From the NCBI GenBank assembly GCA_002005325.1, contig CP017315.1, positions 419,184-483,183 on the forward strand: 64,000 nucleotides of DNA, read 5' to 3'. Below the pieces are notes generated by a model that saw only the letters and a program-made list of their open reading frames with translations, was not told where the DNA came from and searched no databases. Source of the DNA: Candidatus Tokpelaia hoelldobleri (GTDB lineage: Bacteria > Pseudomonadota > Alphaproteobacteria > Rhizobiales > Rhizobiaceae). Below are positions 48,792-59,683 of the stretch, in pieces; position 1 is the first letter of the stretch; every line of letters starts with the position of its first letter. The translations under genes were made by a program, and so were the position numbers.

Positions 48792-49847
48792 CTAGGCGCA
48801 GGCTTCCAAACCGGCCTTCAGCTTTTCCGCATCCAGTTTACGCCCGATAAAGACCAGCCGGCTTTCGCGTTTTTCCCCGTCTTTCCACGGGCGCTGGTGG
48901 TCGCCTTCCAAAATCATGTGCACGCCCTGCACCACATAGCGTTCATCGTCGCCATCAAAAGCGATAATGCCTTTCAGCCGCAAAATATCAGGGCCTTGTG
49001 TCTGCGTGATCTGCTGCAGCCATGGGAAAAACTTGTCAGCTTTCAGCACGCCGGTGCGCAGCGAGACCGATTGCACCGTAACATCATGCAATGCAGCGCT
49101 TGTGCCATGATGGTGGTGGCCGTGCCCGTGGTCATGATGATGGTCGTGGTGGTGATCGCAATCAGGGCCGCAGACATGGCCGGGGTGGTCATGGTCAAGA
49201 AAATGTGGGTCATTGTCCAGCGCCCGCTGCAGATCAAACGCGCCGCGGTCAAGAATTCTGTCAAGGGCAATCCCTGCCTTGTGTGTATGATGGATAACGG
49301 CAGACGGGTTGATAGCGCGTATTGTCGCTTCAACGGCAGCCAGTTCCTGCTTGCTGACAAGGTCCGTTTTGTTCAGCAGCACCACATCGGCAAAGGCAAT
49401 CTGGTCTTCAGCCTCGCGGCTGTCTTTCAGGCGCAGGGGCAGGTGTTTGGCGTCAACCACGGCGATAACAGCGTCGAGCATGGTTTTGGCGCGCACATCA
49501 TCATCCATGAAGAAGGTCTGCGCCACCGGCACCGGGTCGGCCAGGCCGGTGGTCTCGACAATAATCGCGTCAAAGCGCCCCTGACGGCGCATCAGCCCTT
49601 CGACAACGCGGATCAGGTCGCCACGCACCGTGCAGCAGATGCAGCCATTGTTCATCTCGTAAATTTCTTCATCTGATTCAACAATCAGGTCATTGTCAAT
49701 GCCGATTTCGCCAAACTCATTGACAATCACAGCATAACGTTTGCCGTGGTTTTCAGACAGAATACGGTTGAGCAGGGTGGTTTTGCCCGCTCCCAGATAA
49801 CCGGTCAAAACCGTTACGGGAATTTTGTGGTGCTCAGTCTCGCTCAT
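48792..49847 (-). CDS. COG0523 (CobW/ZigA/YeiR-type) metal-chaperone GTPase with a His-rich insert
   Basis: [11 protein letters not shown]-loop, GCICCT metal motif, and the stretch [30 protein letters not shown]. Confidence 0.9.
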   Translation of the reverse strand: MSETEHHKIPVTVLTGYLGAGKTTLLNRILSENHGKRYAVIVNEFGEIGIDNDLIVESDEEIYEMNNGCICCTVRGDLIRVVEGLMRRQGRFDAIIVETTGLADPVPVAQTFFMDDDVRAKTMLDAVIAVVDAKHLPLRLKDSREAEDQIAFADVVLLNKTDLVSKQELAAVEATIRAINPSAVIHHTHKAGIALDRILDRGAFDLQRALDNDPHFLDHDHPGHVCGPDCDHHHDHHHDHGHGHHHHGTSAALHDVTVQSVSLRTGVLKADKFFPWLQQITQTQGPDILRLKGIIAFDGDDERYVVQGVHMILEGDHQRPWKDGEKRESRLVFIGRKLDAEKLKAGLEACA

Positions 49848-49864
49848 CGGATGGCCTTTCTTGC

Positions 49865-49894
49865 TATTTTAGAGCATTTCCAGAAAAAGTGGAA
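49865..49894 (-). promoter_or_regulatory. Candidate cobW promoter with overlapping dyad TTTCCA-N7-TGGAAA
   Basis: The minus strand reads TTTCCA-N18-TAAAAT. The dyad at 49876-49894 covers the -35 element. Confidence 0.3.
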
Positions 49895-49930
49895 ACCGGT
49901 TTTTCGTCCGGAAATGCGGTGTTATACAAA

Positions 49931-49974
49931 ACCTGGAGTATTAATCTGGTGTACACCAGATTAATACTCCAGGT
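49931..49974. repeat. Perfect 44-bp palindrome
   Basis: ACCTGGAGTATTAATCTGGTGT|ACACCAGATTAATACTCCAGGT, verified base by base. On the minus strand it is followed by TTTGTATAAC. Confidence 0.95.
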
Positions 49975-50030
49975 GCCGGAACAAAAGGGAAGCCCCGGCG
50001 CTTTCGCCCCGATATAAGCATTGCAGGCAG

Positions 50031-50768
50031 TTATACAAGGCATTTTACATCAAAGTGATGAATATCGGTAAGCAGCTGTACAAAGCCATTTGCCGCATGG
50101 TCAAGGATTTTTTCGCCCGCGCCCGCATTGGCATGGCGCGCGTCCCCCGCTGCCCCCTGGCTGTTAAGGTCGTCCATGATCCAGCCAAAGGCATGTTTTC
50201 CATAAGCGCGCAGCCAGGTGAACTTTTGCGCCATATCTGCTTGCGCATTGTGAAAATCAGCCGCTTTTTGCATATTCACTGTTTCCGGCGCGATGGCCAG
50301 CATCACCGAGGTTTCAATAAATCCGGCATGAATGTCGAGTGCCTGCTGTTCAGGGGGGATGAGACCTTCCGGCAAGCCGAAGCGGCCCCAGCTTGTGGCG
50401 ACAGCCAGCATATTGAAGCGATAGCGCAATTCTGTCGCAACAATGGTCATCAAGGGTGAGTTGCCGCCATGGGCGTTCAGCATGACGAATTTGCGCACGC
50501 CTTTGTCATGTTGTTTTTTACCAATGGCAATCCAGCGGGCAATGGCTTCCTCGTAGGTCAAGGTTCTGGTGCCTTTGTGGTGCATATGCTCAACAGAATA
50601 GCCGGCAGGCTCGGTTTCAAGAAACCTGACCGCGCTGTCCGCCGGCAGTTTGGCCGCCGCCCTTTGCGCGACAGCCCGGGCAATCTGCGTGTCGGTATCA
50701 AGCGGCAGATGGGGGCCATGATATTCATGGGCGCCAAGCGGCAGAACAACAATCGGGTCTGAGGACAT
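50031..50768 (-). CDS. Creatininase (creatinine amidohydrolase) family metal hydrolase
   Basis: 245 aa with the LPLGAHEYHGPHLPLDTD N-terminal motif and NAHGGN. Confidence 0.8.
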   Translation of the reverse strand: MSSDPIVVLPLGAHEYHGPHLPLDTDTQIARAVAQRAAAKLPADSAVRFLETEPAGYSVEHMHHKGTRTLTYEEAIARWIAIGKKQHDKGVRKFVMLNAHGGNSPLMTIVATELRYRFNMLAVATSWGRFGLPEGLIPPEQQALDIHAGFIETSVMLAIAPETVNMQKAADFHNAQADMAQKFTWLRAYGKHAFGWIMDDLNSQGAAGDARHANAGAGEKILDHAANGFVQLLTDIHHFDVKCLV

Positions 50769-50803
50769 GCGTCTTCCCTTCAGGATAAAAAGGCGTTTTT
50801 CTT

Positions 50804-50822
50804 TATAGCGGAAACTGCTATA
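50804..50822. promoter_or_regulatory. Candidate operator TATAGC-N7-GCTATA between the creatininase-family gene and the LacI-family gene
   Basis: Inverted repeat read from the sequence. It lies 36 bp upstream of the creatininase-family ATG and 43 bp upstream of the regulator ATG. Confidence 0.3.
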
Positions 50823-50864
50823 GGAATAAATACAGATGGGGGTGGTTTATGGTGGTTACAAACA

Positions 50865-51896
50865 ATGACTATAAAATCAGGGCAGAAGATCAAACTGTCA
50901 ACCATCGCTGACGGACTGGGTGTTTCAACCGCCACCGTGTCACTGGCGTTGCGTGACAGCCCGCTGATCGCTGAGGAAACCCGCAACCGGATAAAACAGC
51001 ACGCACAGGCGCTGGGCTATATTTATAACCGCCGCGCGGCCAGCTTGCGCACGTCGCGCTCCGGCATTATCGGTGTGATGGTGCATGATATCATGAATCC
51101 GTTTTTTGCCGAAATCCTGCGTTCGATTGAAATTGAGCTTGACCGTAACGGCCACACATTCATCCTGGGCAACCATTATGATCAGCCGGAAAAACAGCGC
51201 CGGTTTATTGAAACGCTTCTGCAACTGGGCGCGGATGGTGTTATCATGTCACCGGCCATCTGCACCCCGGTGGCTGATATCAATCTGGCCGAGGCCAACG
51301 GCCTGCCGGTGGTTTTTATCGCGCGGCGGGTGGAAGACCTGAAAGCGCCGGTTTTTCGCGGTGATGATGCTTATGGCATAGAGCTTGCCACACGGCATCT
51401 GATTTCCCTTGGCCACCGGCGGATTGCGATGATCGGCGGTACGGATTACACGTCAACCGGCCGTGACCGTTATCGCGGTTATCAACAGGCGATGAGCCAG
51501 GCCGGGCTGGAGGTGAAGCCGGAATGGCGGCTGGCGGGGCCGCGCACCAAACAGGGCGGGTTTGATATTGCGCCGCGGTTTCTGGCGCTTGCTGACAAGC
51601 CGACCGCGGCGGTGTGTTATAATGACCTGGCGGCTATTGGCCTGATGAATGGCGTTGCGCGGGCAGGGCACAGCCCGGGGGAGGATATTTCTGTTACCGG
51701 CTATGATAATCTGGAAGAAGCGGCCATTGCCATTCCGGCGCTGACAACACTATGGAACGGGCAGGGCGAAGCAGGGCGCAGGGCGGCGCGCGCGCTGCTG
51801 GACTTGCTGAATGGCCAGCCTGTCCCGCATGAGCAGGAACTGATCAGGCCGCAATTGCATATCCGCCATTCCACCGCTGCCCCGAAAGAACGGTAA
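50865..51896 (+). CDS. LacI family transcriptional regulator
   Basis: N-terminal HTH (IKLSTIADGLGVSTATVSLALRD) followed by a periplasmic-binding-protein-like sugar-binding core. Confidence 0.9.
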   Translation: MTIKSGQKIKLSTIADGLGVSTATVSLALRDSPLIAEETRNRIKQHAQALGYIYNRRAASLRTSRSGIIGVMVHDIMNPFFAEILRSIEIELDRNGHTFILGNHYDQPEKQRRFIETLLQLGADGVIMSPAICTPVADINLAEANGLPVVFIARRVEDLKAPVFRGDDAYGIELATRHLISLGHRRIAMIGGTDYTSTGRDRYRGYQQAMSQAGLEVKPEWRLAGPRTKQGGFDIAPRFLALADKPTAAVCYNDLAAIGLMNGVARAGHSPGEDISVTGYDNLEEAAIAIPALTTLWNGQGEAGRRAARALLDLLNGQPVPHEQELIRPQLHIRHSTAAPKER

Positions 51897-51923
51897 GCGC
51901 AATAAAATTATTTTTGAGCAACA

Positions 51924-51955
51924 AAAAGCCGGTGCAGGAAACACCGGCTTTTTCT
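51924..51955. terminator. Bidirectional terminator
   Basis: AAAAGCCGGTG-caggaaa-CACCGGCTTTTTC. Confidence 0.85.
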
Positions 51956-51978
51956 ATTGGCGATAGCAGGCGCAGCGC

Positions 51979-53034
51979 TTATTGCGGCGCTTCCACCAGA
52001 ATTTTGATGTGCTGTTTTTCCTTGACCAGCGCCTCAAAGCCCTCTTCAACAATGTCATCAAGCTTGATGCGCTTGGTGACAAGCTTGTCGGCAGAATAAT
52101 AGCCTTGGGTCATCAGTTCCATCACAGCGGGGAAAATGTCACGATAGGCGATAATGCCTTTCATGTTCTTTTCCTTCAGCACGACAGTGTTGGGCTGGAA
52201 AGAGGCTTCTTTTTCCCAGATCGAAACGATGATGGTTTCACCTTCATAACGGGTGCTGTCAATGCATTGCGGCAGGACCTGCGGCACGCCGGTGACTTCA
52301 AAGGCGACATCCACGCCGCCATCGGTGAATTCACGAATCCGGGCAACGGCATCTTCCCTGGCGGGGTTGATGGCAAGGCGTGCGCCCAGTTCAATGGCTT
52401 TTTTCGAACGCTGTTCCGAAAGCTCGACAACATAAATCTCTGCCGCACCGGCGGCGCGCAGGGATTCAATCAGCAGCAGGCCAATGGGCCCGGCGCCGAA
52501 AACAGCAGCCTTGTCACCGGCTTTCAGCTTGCTCATGCGCACGGCGTGGAGAGCGACAGCCGCAGGTTCAACCAGTGCGCCCTGTTCCATTGACAGGTCT
52601 TCCGGCATTTTATGAACCATATGTTCATCAACCACCGTATAAGCGGAAAAACCGCCACCGCCGCCTGAAAGGCCGTGAAAACCAAGGCTGTCACACAAGT
52701 TGTATTTGCCATGACGGCAGGCAGCGCATTGACCGCAGGAAAGAATCGGCTCGACAACAACCTTGTCGCCTTTTTTTACTTTGGTGACACCGTCACCAAC
52801 TTCTGAAACAACACCGGAAAATTCATGCCCCATAACGATTGGTGCGGTTTCGCCGCTGACGGGGTGCGGCGCGCCAACCGGTGCGAAAATCGGGCCGGCA
52901 AGGTATTCATGCAAGTCACTGCCGCAAATCCCTGTCCATGCGACCTTGATTTTTACGCGGCCGGCGGAAATGGCCGGTTCAGGAATATCTTCAACGCGGA
53001 TATCATGGGCTTTATGCCAACGAGCTGCTTTCAT
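51979..53034 (-). CDS. Zn-dependent 2,3-butanediol dehydrogenase / acetoin reductase (MDR family)
   Basis: 351 aa with ICGSDLHEY, GHEFSG, a structural Zn Cys cluster (CGQCAACRHGKYNLC) and GAGPIGLL. Confidence 0.8.
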   Translation of the reverse strand: MKAARWHKAHDIRVEDIPEPAISAGRVKIKVAWTGICGSDLHEYLAGPIFAPVGAPHPVSGETAPIVMGHEFSGVVSEVGDGVTKVKKGDKVVVEPILSCGQCAACRHGKYNLCDSLGFHGLSGGGGGFSAYTVVDEHMVHKMPEDLSMEQGALVEPAAVALHAVRMSKLKAGDKAAVFGAGPIGLLLIESLRAAGAAEIYVVELSEQRSKKAIELGARLAINPAREDAVARIREFTDGGVDVAFEVTGVPQVLPQCIDSTRYEGETIIVSIWEKEASFQPNTVVLKEKNMKGIIAYRDIFPAVMELMTQGYYSADKLVTKRIKLDDIVEEGFEALVKEKQHIKILVEAPQ

Positions 53035-53284
53035 CGTGTGATCCTCTCGTTTTCAAGTGTTTTTGAGGACGCCATTTGTCTATATGCAAGCAATATGCGC
53101 TAATAAACCAGACGCTCAGCCAAAAAGATGACCATTTCGGCCATTGGCATTTAAGCTGCTTTGCCGGTTGCTGACAACCGGTTTAGGGATTTTGCCCTGC
53201 GTCATTTTGTCCATTTGCCTTGTTTACGGTGAAGACAAGATAAATGCAGGGGGCATGTTTCTGATAGAAACCGTGAACTGTTTT

Positions 53285-53316
53285 ATAAAAAAAGCCGGCG
53301 CGTGAACACCGGCTTT
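53285..53316 (-). terminator. groEL intrinsic terminator
   Basis: On the minus strand, AAGCCGGTG-ttcac-GCGCCGGCTT is followed by TTTTTTATAAAA. Confidence 0.8.
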
Positions 53317-53341
53317 TCCATTTTGCTTATGAGGGACAGGA

Positions 53342-54994
<1,653 letters not shown>

Positions 54995-55038
54995 TTATCC
55001 CGAATTTGCAATTCAAACAACAGGCGGAGGCTGACAGA

Positions 55039-55335
55039 TCAGCCGAGAATGCCCATAATGTCGGACTCTTTCATGATCAGCAGGTCTTCGCCGTCAATCT
55101 TGACTTCAGTGCCGGACCATTTGCCGAACAGGACACGGTCACCGGCCTTGACTTCCAGTGCGACCAGCTTGCCGCTGTCGTCACGTGCGCCGGAACCGAC
55201 AGCGATAATTTCGCCTTCCTGCGGCTTTTCCTTGGCGGTATCGGGGATGATGATGCCACCGGCGGTTTTTGCTTCAGATTCAACCCGGCGGACAACAACA
55301 CGGTCGTGCAGCGGGCGGAACGAGGTCTTGCTCAT
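55039..55335 (-). CDS. groS: Co-chaperonin GroES
   Basis: 98 aa from [17 protein letters not shown]. The ORF track start lies further upstream, inside the CIRCE element. Confidence 0.95.
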   Translation of the reverse strand: MSKTSFRPLHDRVVVRRVESEAKTAGGIIIPDTAKEKPQEGEIIAVGSGARDDSGKLVALEVKAGDRVLFGKWSGTEVKIDGEDLLIMKESDIMGILG

Positions 55336-55398
55336 GATTGGAACCCTCAATTGTTTAATACGATCAGACTTACAATACAGGGGAAAATCCCCCCTTTG

Positions 55399-55425
55399 TT
55401 GGCACTCCCATGCTGTGAGTGCCAA
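55399..55425. promoter_or_regulatory. CIRCE operator (HrcA binding site)
   Basis: TTGGCACTC-N9-GAGTGCCAA lies 64 nt upstream of the groES ATG. Confidence 0.9.
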
Positions 55426-55435
55426 CGCTGGTTAT

Positions 55436-55464
55436 CAGATAAAAATTGCCAAAGCCTTTGTCAA
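55436..55464 (-). promoter_or_regulatory. Candidate groESL promoter
   Basis: The minus strand reads TTGACA-N17-TATCTG, immediately upstream of CIRCE. Confidence 0.5.
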
Positions 55465-55623
55465 GGCGGAAGGGCTATAAATATTGATATTTTATCAGGC
55501 AGGGAATGGCGGGTGATGTTTTGGCCTTTGTGCCGGGTGTTATGGTTTGAGAGTGCAATTTTCATTTTATTGTGTCATATTCGGGTTTGAGAGCAATCAT
55601 CCCCTGATTGAAGAGAGGTAAAA

Positions 55624-56784
55624 ATGTCGGGTACAAAGATAAATGCGCAGATTTTGCCGTTTCTGCCGGAAATGGTCGCAATCCGCCATCAGCTTCATAT
55701 CAGCCCTGAACTCGGGTTTGAGGAAGAGCGGACAAGCAGGCTGGTGGCTGAAAAACTGGCAGGCTGGGGGTTTGAAGTCACGAAGATCGCGGGAACCGGC
55801 CTTGTCGGCACTTTGCGTTGCGGTAAAGGGGGCCGCACCATCGGCCTGCGTGCGGATATGGATGCCCTGCCCGTTTATGAAGAGACAAATCTGCCCTATG
55901 CCAGCAAAAATAGCGGCCGGATGCATGCCTGCGGCCATGACGGCCATACCACCACGCTGCTGGCGGCGGCACGTTATCTGGCTGAGACAAGGAACTTCAA
56001 CGGTACAGTGCATGTGATTTTTCAACCGGCGGAAGAAGGTCTTGGCGGGGCGCATAAAATGGTTGAAGAAGGGCTGTTTGAACGTTTTCCCTGTGACGCC
56101 GTGTATGGTTTTCATAATGTGCCCGGCATTCCGCTGGGGCAATTCTGTTTTATGCCGGGTGCGGTCACTGCCGCTTCTGACCGGGCGCGTATTATTGTGC
56201 GCGGCAAAAGCGGCCACGGTGCGCAGCCGCAAAATGCTGTTGATCCGATTGTCGTTGGCGCGGCGATTGTTTCAAGCATTCAGACGATTATTTCGCGCAA
56301 TATCGACCCGCAGGAGGCGGGGGTGGTGACAATCGGCGCGTTTTTGTCGGGAGAGGCTTTTAATATCATCCCCAATGAAGCGGAACTGCGCCTGACGGCG
56401 CGCAGCTATGCGCCGGAACTGCGTGACTTTATCGAGCAGCGCCTGCGTGATATTGTCCACCATCAGGCGGCGGTTTTTGGTGCGGAAGCCGAGCTTGACT
56501 ATGAGCGTATTACGCCGGCCTGTCACAATAACGCCGCCATGACGGAGTTTGCTGAAGCTGTGGCAACAGATACTTTTGGCAAGGCGGCGCTGGCTGCACC
56601 GCGTAAACCCTTTACCTTTGGCGATGATTTTGCCTTTATGCTGGAAAAATGCCCGGGCAGCTATTTCTTTATCGGCAATGGCGATTCTGCCGATTTGCAC
56701 AACAGCCGCTATGATTTCAATGATGCACTGATTGGCATTGGCGCCAGTTTCTGGGGCGCGCTGGTGGAAAAATTCCTTGCATAA
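55624..56784 (+). CDS. M20D family amidohydrolase (hippurate hydrolase / N-acyl-amino acid amidohydrolase-like)
   Basis: 386 aa with IRHQLHISPELGFEE, RADMDALP, HACGHDGH and FQPAEE. Confidence 0.85.
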   Translation: MSGTKINAQILPFLPEMVAIRHQLHISPELGFEEERTSRLVAEKLAGWGFEVTKIAGTGLVGTLRCGKGGRTIGLRADMDALPVYEETNLPYASKNSGRMHACGHDGHTTTLLAAARYLAETRNFNGTVHVIFQPAEEGLGGAHKMVEEGLFERFPCDAVYGFHNVPGIPLGQFCFMPGAVTAASDRARIIVRGKSGHGAQPQNAVDPIVVGAAIVSSIQTIISRNIDPQEAGVVTIGAFLSGEAFNIIPNEAELRLTARSYAPELRDFIEQRLRDIVHHQAAVFGAEAELDYERITPACHNNAAMTEFAEAVATDTFGKAALAAPRKPFTFGDDFAFMLEKCPGSYFFIGNGDSADLHNSRYDFNDALIGIGASFWGALVEKFLA

Positions 56785-56858
56785 TCCTGTAAGACAGGGC
56801 AGGGAGGCTTTATTCCTCCTGCCCGTTACCATTCCAAGCTTTGAAAGGTCTTGATAAA

Positions 56859-57203
56859 ATGAGCACAATCCCGCCCTGCCCGAAATGCAACTCCCCCTAT
56901 GCTTATGAAGACGGCGCCTTGCTGATCTGCCCCGAATGCGGGCATGAATGGAGCGCGGATGCAAGCGCACAGGATGATGACGGCCATATTGTGCGTGATG
57001 CCAATGGCGCAGAACTGAAAGACGGCGATACTGTCACTGTTATCAAGGACTTGAAAGTGAAAGGTTCGTCTTCTGTTGTTAAAGTCGGCACCAAGGTGCG
57101 CAATATCCGCCTTGTTGACGGCGACCATGATATTGACTGCAAAATCCCCGGTATCGGCCAGATGGGGCTGAAATCGGAATTTGTCAAAAAAGTACAGGAA
57201 TAA
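56859..57203 (+). CDS. yjdM: Zinc-ribbon protein YjdM/PhnA
   Basis: [31 protein letters not shown] followed by a C-terminal SH3-like domain (LKVKGSS.VVK.GTKV). Confidence 0.9.
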   Translation: MSTIPPCPKCNSPYAYEDGALLICPECGHEWSADASAQDDDGHIVRDANGAELKDGDTVTVIKDLKVKGSSSVVKVGTKVRNIRLVDGDHDIDCKIPGIGQMGLKSEFVKKVQE

Positions 57204-57212
57204 TCAGTAAAG

Positions 57213-57240
57213 AACCTGCCAGGCAGGCTGGCAGGTTTTA
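57213..57240 (+). terminator. Hairpin after yjdM
   Basis: AACCTGCCA-ggcaggc-TGGCAGGTT followed by TTA. The T-tract is short. Confidence 0.5.
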
Positions 57241-57318
57241 TGACGGTTAAATTTATCTCTTCGCCTGGTCATCAAAGTTTTGTAACCGGAAATGTCACTG
57301 GCAAGGAGCAGAAAGAAA

Positions 57319-57891
57319 TTATTGCGGCATGGCTTCAACGCCCTGCACTTCCGGTACAAAGTGGCGCAGCAGGTTTTCTATGCCGTGTTTCAGTGTTGCG
57401 GTGGAAGAGGGGCAGCCGGCGCAGGAGCCGCGCATATTGAGATAGACAATGCCGTGTTCAAAACCGCGGAAGGTGATGTCGCCGCCATCGCGCGCCACAG
57501 CCGGGCGCACACGGGTTTCAATCAGCTCCTTGATGGTTTCGACAATGTCCGCGTCCTCGGGGGCGAAAAATTCCTCACCGTCAGAATGGTCAAATGCTGT
57601 GGCTTCCCCCGTCATAATCGGTGCATCCGCCATCAGATGTTCCATAATTGTGCCGAGCACGGCTGGTTTGAGGTGTTCCCACTCGCCGGACTCTTTGCTC
57701 ACGGTGATGAAATCATAACCAAAGAGCACGCCGTTGACGCCGGGAATGGCGAACAGCTTGGCGGCAAGCGGCGAGCGTTCCGCCGCTTCTCCGGCGTTGC
57801 GGAACTCAGCAACACCGTTGCTTGAAATAACACGCCCGGGCAGAAACTTGAGCGTTGCCGGATTGGGTGTTGCTTCTGTCTGGATAAACAT
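57319..57891 (-). CDS. NifU/Nfu-type Fe-S cluster assembly protein (Nfu_N plus NifU C-terminal CxxC domain)
   Basis: 190 aa with MFIQTEATPNPATLKF and GSCAGCPSS. Confidence 0.9.
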   Translation of the reverse strand: MFIQTEATPNPATLKFLPGRVISSNGVAEFRNAGEAAERSPLAAKLFAIPGVNGVLFGYDFITVSKESGEWEHLKPAVLGTIMEHLMADAPIMTGEATAFDHSDGEEFFAPEDADIVETIKELIETRVRPAVARDGGDITFRGFEHGIVYLNMRGSCAGCPSSTATLKHGIENLLRHFVPEVQGVEAMPQ

Positions 57892-58013
57892 GGGCTGTTT
57901 TTTCCTTAATTTATTATATTTTCCGTTTCAGGTATAAAATATACAGAATAAAGGGTCAATAGAAGCAGTGGCATAAACTGTTTTCTGCGGGTGAACCTGG
58001 CTTCAAATCCTGT

Positions 58014-58505
58014 TTAAGTCACGGCGTCAAGATCGGCGTCGCTCAGGTTATTCGGTATGACGGTGACAGGCACGGGAAAGGCGGCATTGCGGCTGACAAG
58101 CGCCTGCACCAGAGGACCCGGGCTTTCCTTGCCTGCGCCGGCAGCCAGCACCAGCACGGCAATGTCACGGTCTTCCTCAATAAACCTGATGATCTGTTCA
58201 ACCGGCTTGCCTTCACAGATGACCTGTTCAGGTTCCATGCCCTGATTTTCACGCAATTCAGCAACAATCTGTGTTAATGTCGTTCTGGCGCGTTCCTGCG
58301 CCTCAGCCTGCATGATATTGCCGACGCCCAGAATCTGCTGAAAATTTGTATTGTCGATGACAAACAGCAAAGTCAATGAACCACCGGTATTCTGAGCGCG
58401 CCGCGAAGCATAGGCGACAGCGCGGCGGCATTCCGGCGTTTCATCAATAATCGCAAGAAACTTGCGGCGGTGGCCGTCTTTACGGCTAAGTCGTTGTGAA
58501 TTCAT
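58014..58505 (-). CDS. Universal stress protein family
   Basis: USP fold pattern (FLAIIDETPE, VLVLAA). The start at 58505 (MNSQRL) or 58541 is uncertain, and neither has a clear SD. Confidence 0.7.
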   Translation of the reverse strand: MNSQRLSRKDGHRRKFLAIIDETPECRRAVAYASRRAQNTGGSLTLLFVIDNTNFQQILGVGNIMQAEAQERARTTLTQIVAELRENQGMEPEQVICEGKPVEQIIRFIEEDRDIAVLVLAAGAGKESPGPLVQALVSRNAAFPVPVTVIPNNLSDADLDAVT

Positions 58506-58562
58506 AAGTTGCAGTCTGCCATTCCCGCTGCCTGTTCGCAAGTTAAAAATACTGGCAGGCCC

Positions 58563-59630
58563 CTACCCCCTCGGAAAACCCACAATATCGCGTACGTGCT
58601 TCATGGTGGCTTCCGCTATGGGGGAAGCGCGCTTTGCCCCGTCATGCAGCACCCTGTCAATATAGGCTGTGTCAGCATTGAGGCGGCGGTATTCAGCACT
58701 GATAGGGGAGAGTGTGGCAATGAGCAGATCTTCCAGCGCAGGCTTAAATTGTGAAAACTGCTGTCCGCCAAATTCCGCCAGTACGTCCTGTTTGCTTTTA
58801 CCGGTCAAAGCCGCATAAATACCGACAAGATTATCGGCTTCCGGCCGCCCTTGCAGCCCGTCTGCCTGTTCCGGCAGGGGGTCTGAATCCGTGCGCGCCT
58901 TACGGATTTTCTTGGCGATGTCTTCTGCCGTGTCGACCATGTTGATGCGTGACATGCTGGACGGGTCGGACTTGGACATTTTCTTACTGCCGTCCCGCAG
59001 GGACATGATCCGCATGGATGTGTCGCTGATCAGCGGTTCCGTCATCGGAAAAAAGCCGGAAACCGTGTTGTCACCCGCCTGCATATCTACACCGCAGCCA
59101 AGTTCGGCAATACGGGCGGAATAATCCATGTTGAATTTCTGCGCAATGTCGCGGGTCAGCTCGATATGCTGTTTCTGGTCGTCTCCCACCGGCACATGGG
59201 TGGCGCGGTAAAGCAGGATATCCGCCGCCATCAGGCTTGGATAGGCAAACAGGCCGAGCGAGGCCTTTTCACGGTCCTTGCCAGCTTTGTCCTTGAATTG
59301 TGTCATGCGGTTCATCCAGCCGATACGTGCCACACAGTTAAAAACCCATGCAAGTTCCGCGTGCTGGTGAACCCGCGACTGGTTGAAGATAATATGCTTT
59401 TGCGGGTCAATGCCGGAAGCGATAAACGCCGCCGCCATTTCGCGGGTGTGGCGCATCAGCTCTGCCGGGTCGGGGTTGACTGTCAAAGCGTGCATATCCA
59501 CCACGCAATAGAGGCAGTTGTAATGGCGCTGTAATTCAACCCAGCGTTTAATCGCTCCCAGATAATTGCCCAGATGCAGGTTGCCGGTCGGCTGTACGCC
59601 GGAAAAAACAAGCGGTTTAAAACTCTTCAT
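58563..59630 (-). CDS. trpS: Tryptophan--tRNA ligase
   Basis: [18 protein letters not shown] (HIGH region) and the KMSKS motif. About 355 aa from the ATG at 59630. Confidence 0.95.
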   Translation of the reverse strand: MKSFKPLVFSGVQPTGNLHLGNYLGAIKRWVELQRHYNCLYCVVDMHALTVNPDPAELMRHTREMAAAFIASGIDPQKHIIFNQSRVHQHAELAWVFNCVARIGWMNRMTQFKDKAGKDREKASLGLFAYPSLMAADILLYRATHVPVGDDQKQHIELTRDIAQKFNMDYSARIAELGCGVDMQAGDNTVSGFFPMTEPLISDTSMRIMSLRDGSKKMSKSDPSSMSRINMVDTAEDIAKKIRKARTDSDPLPEQADGLQGRPEADNLVGIYAALTGKSKQDVLAEFGGQQFSQFKPALEDLLIATLSPISAEYRRLNADTAYIDRVLHDGAKRASPIAEATMKHVRDIVGFPRG

Positions 59631-59683
59631 GACAACATATCCCGTTTCTGATGTGTCGGTTTTGGCAAAATTACAACTTGGGG

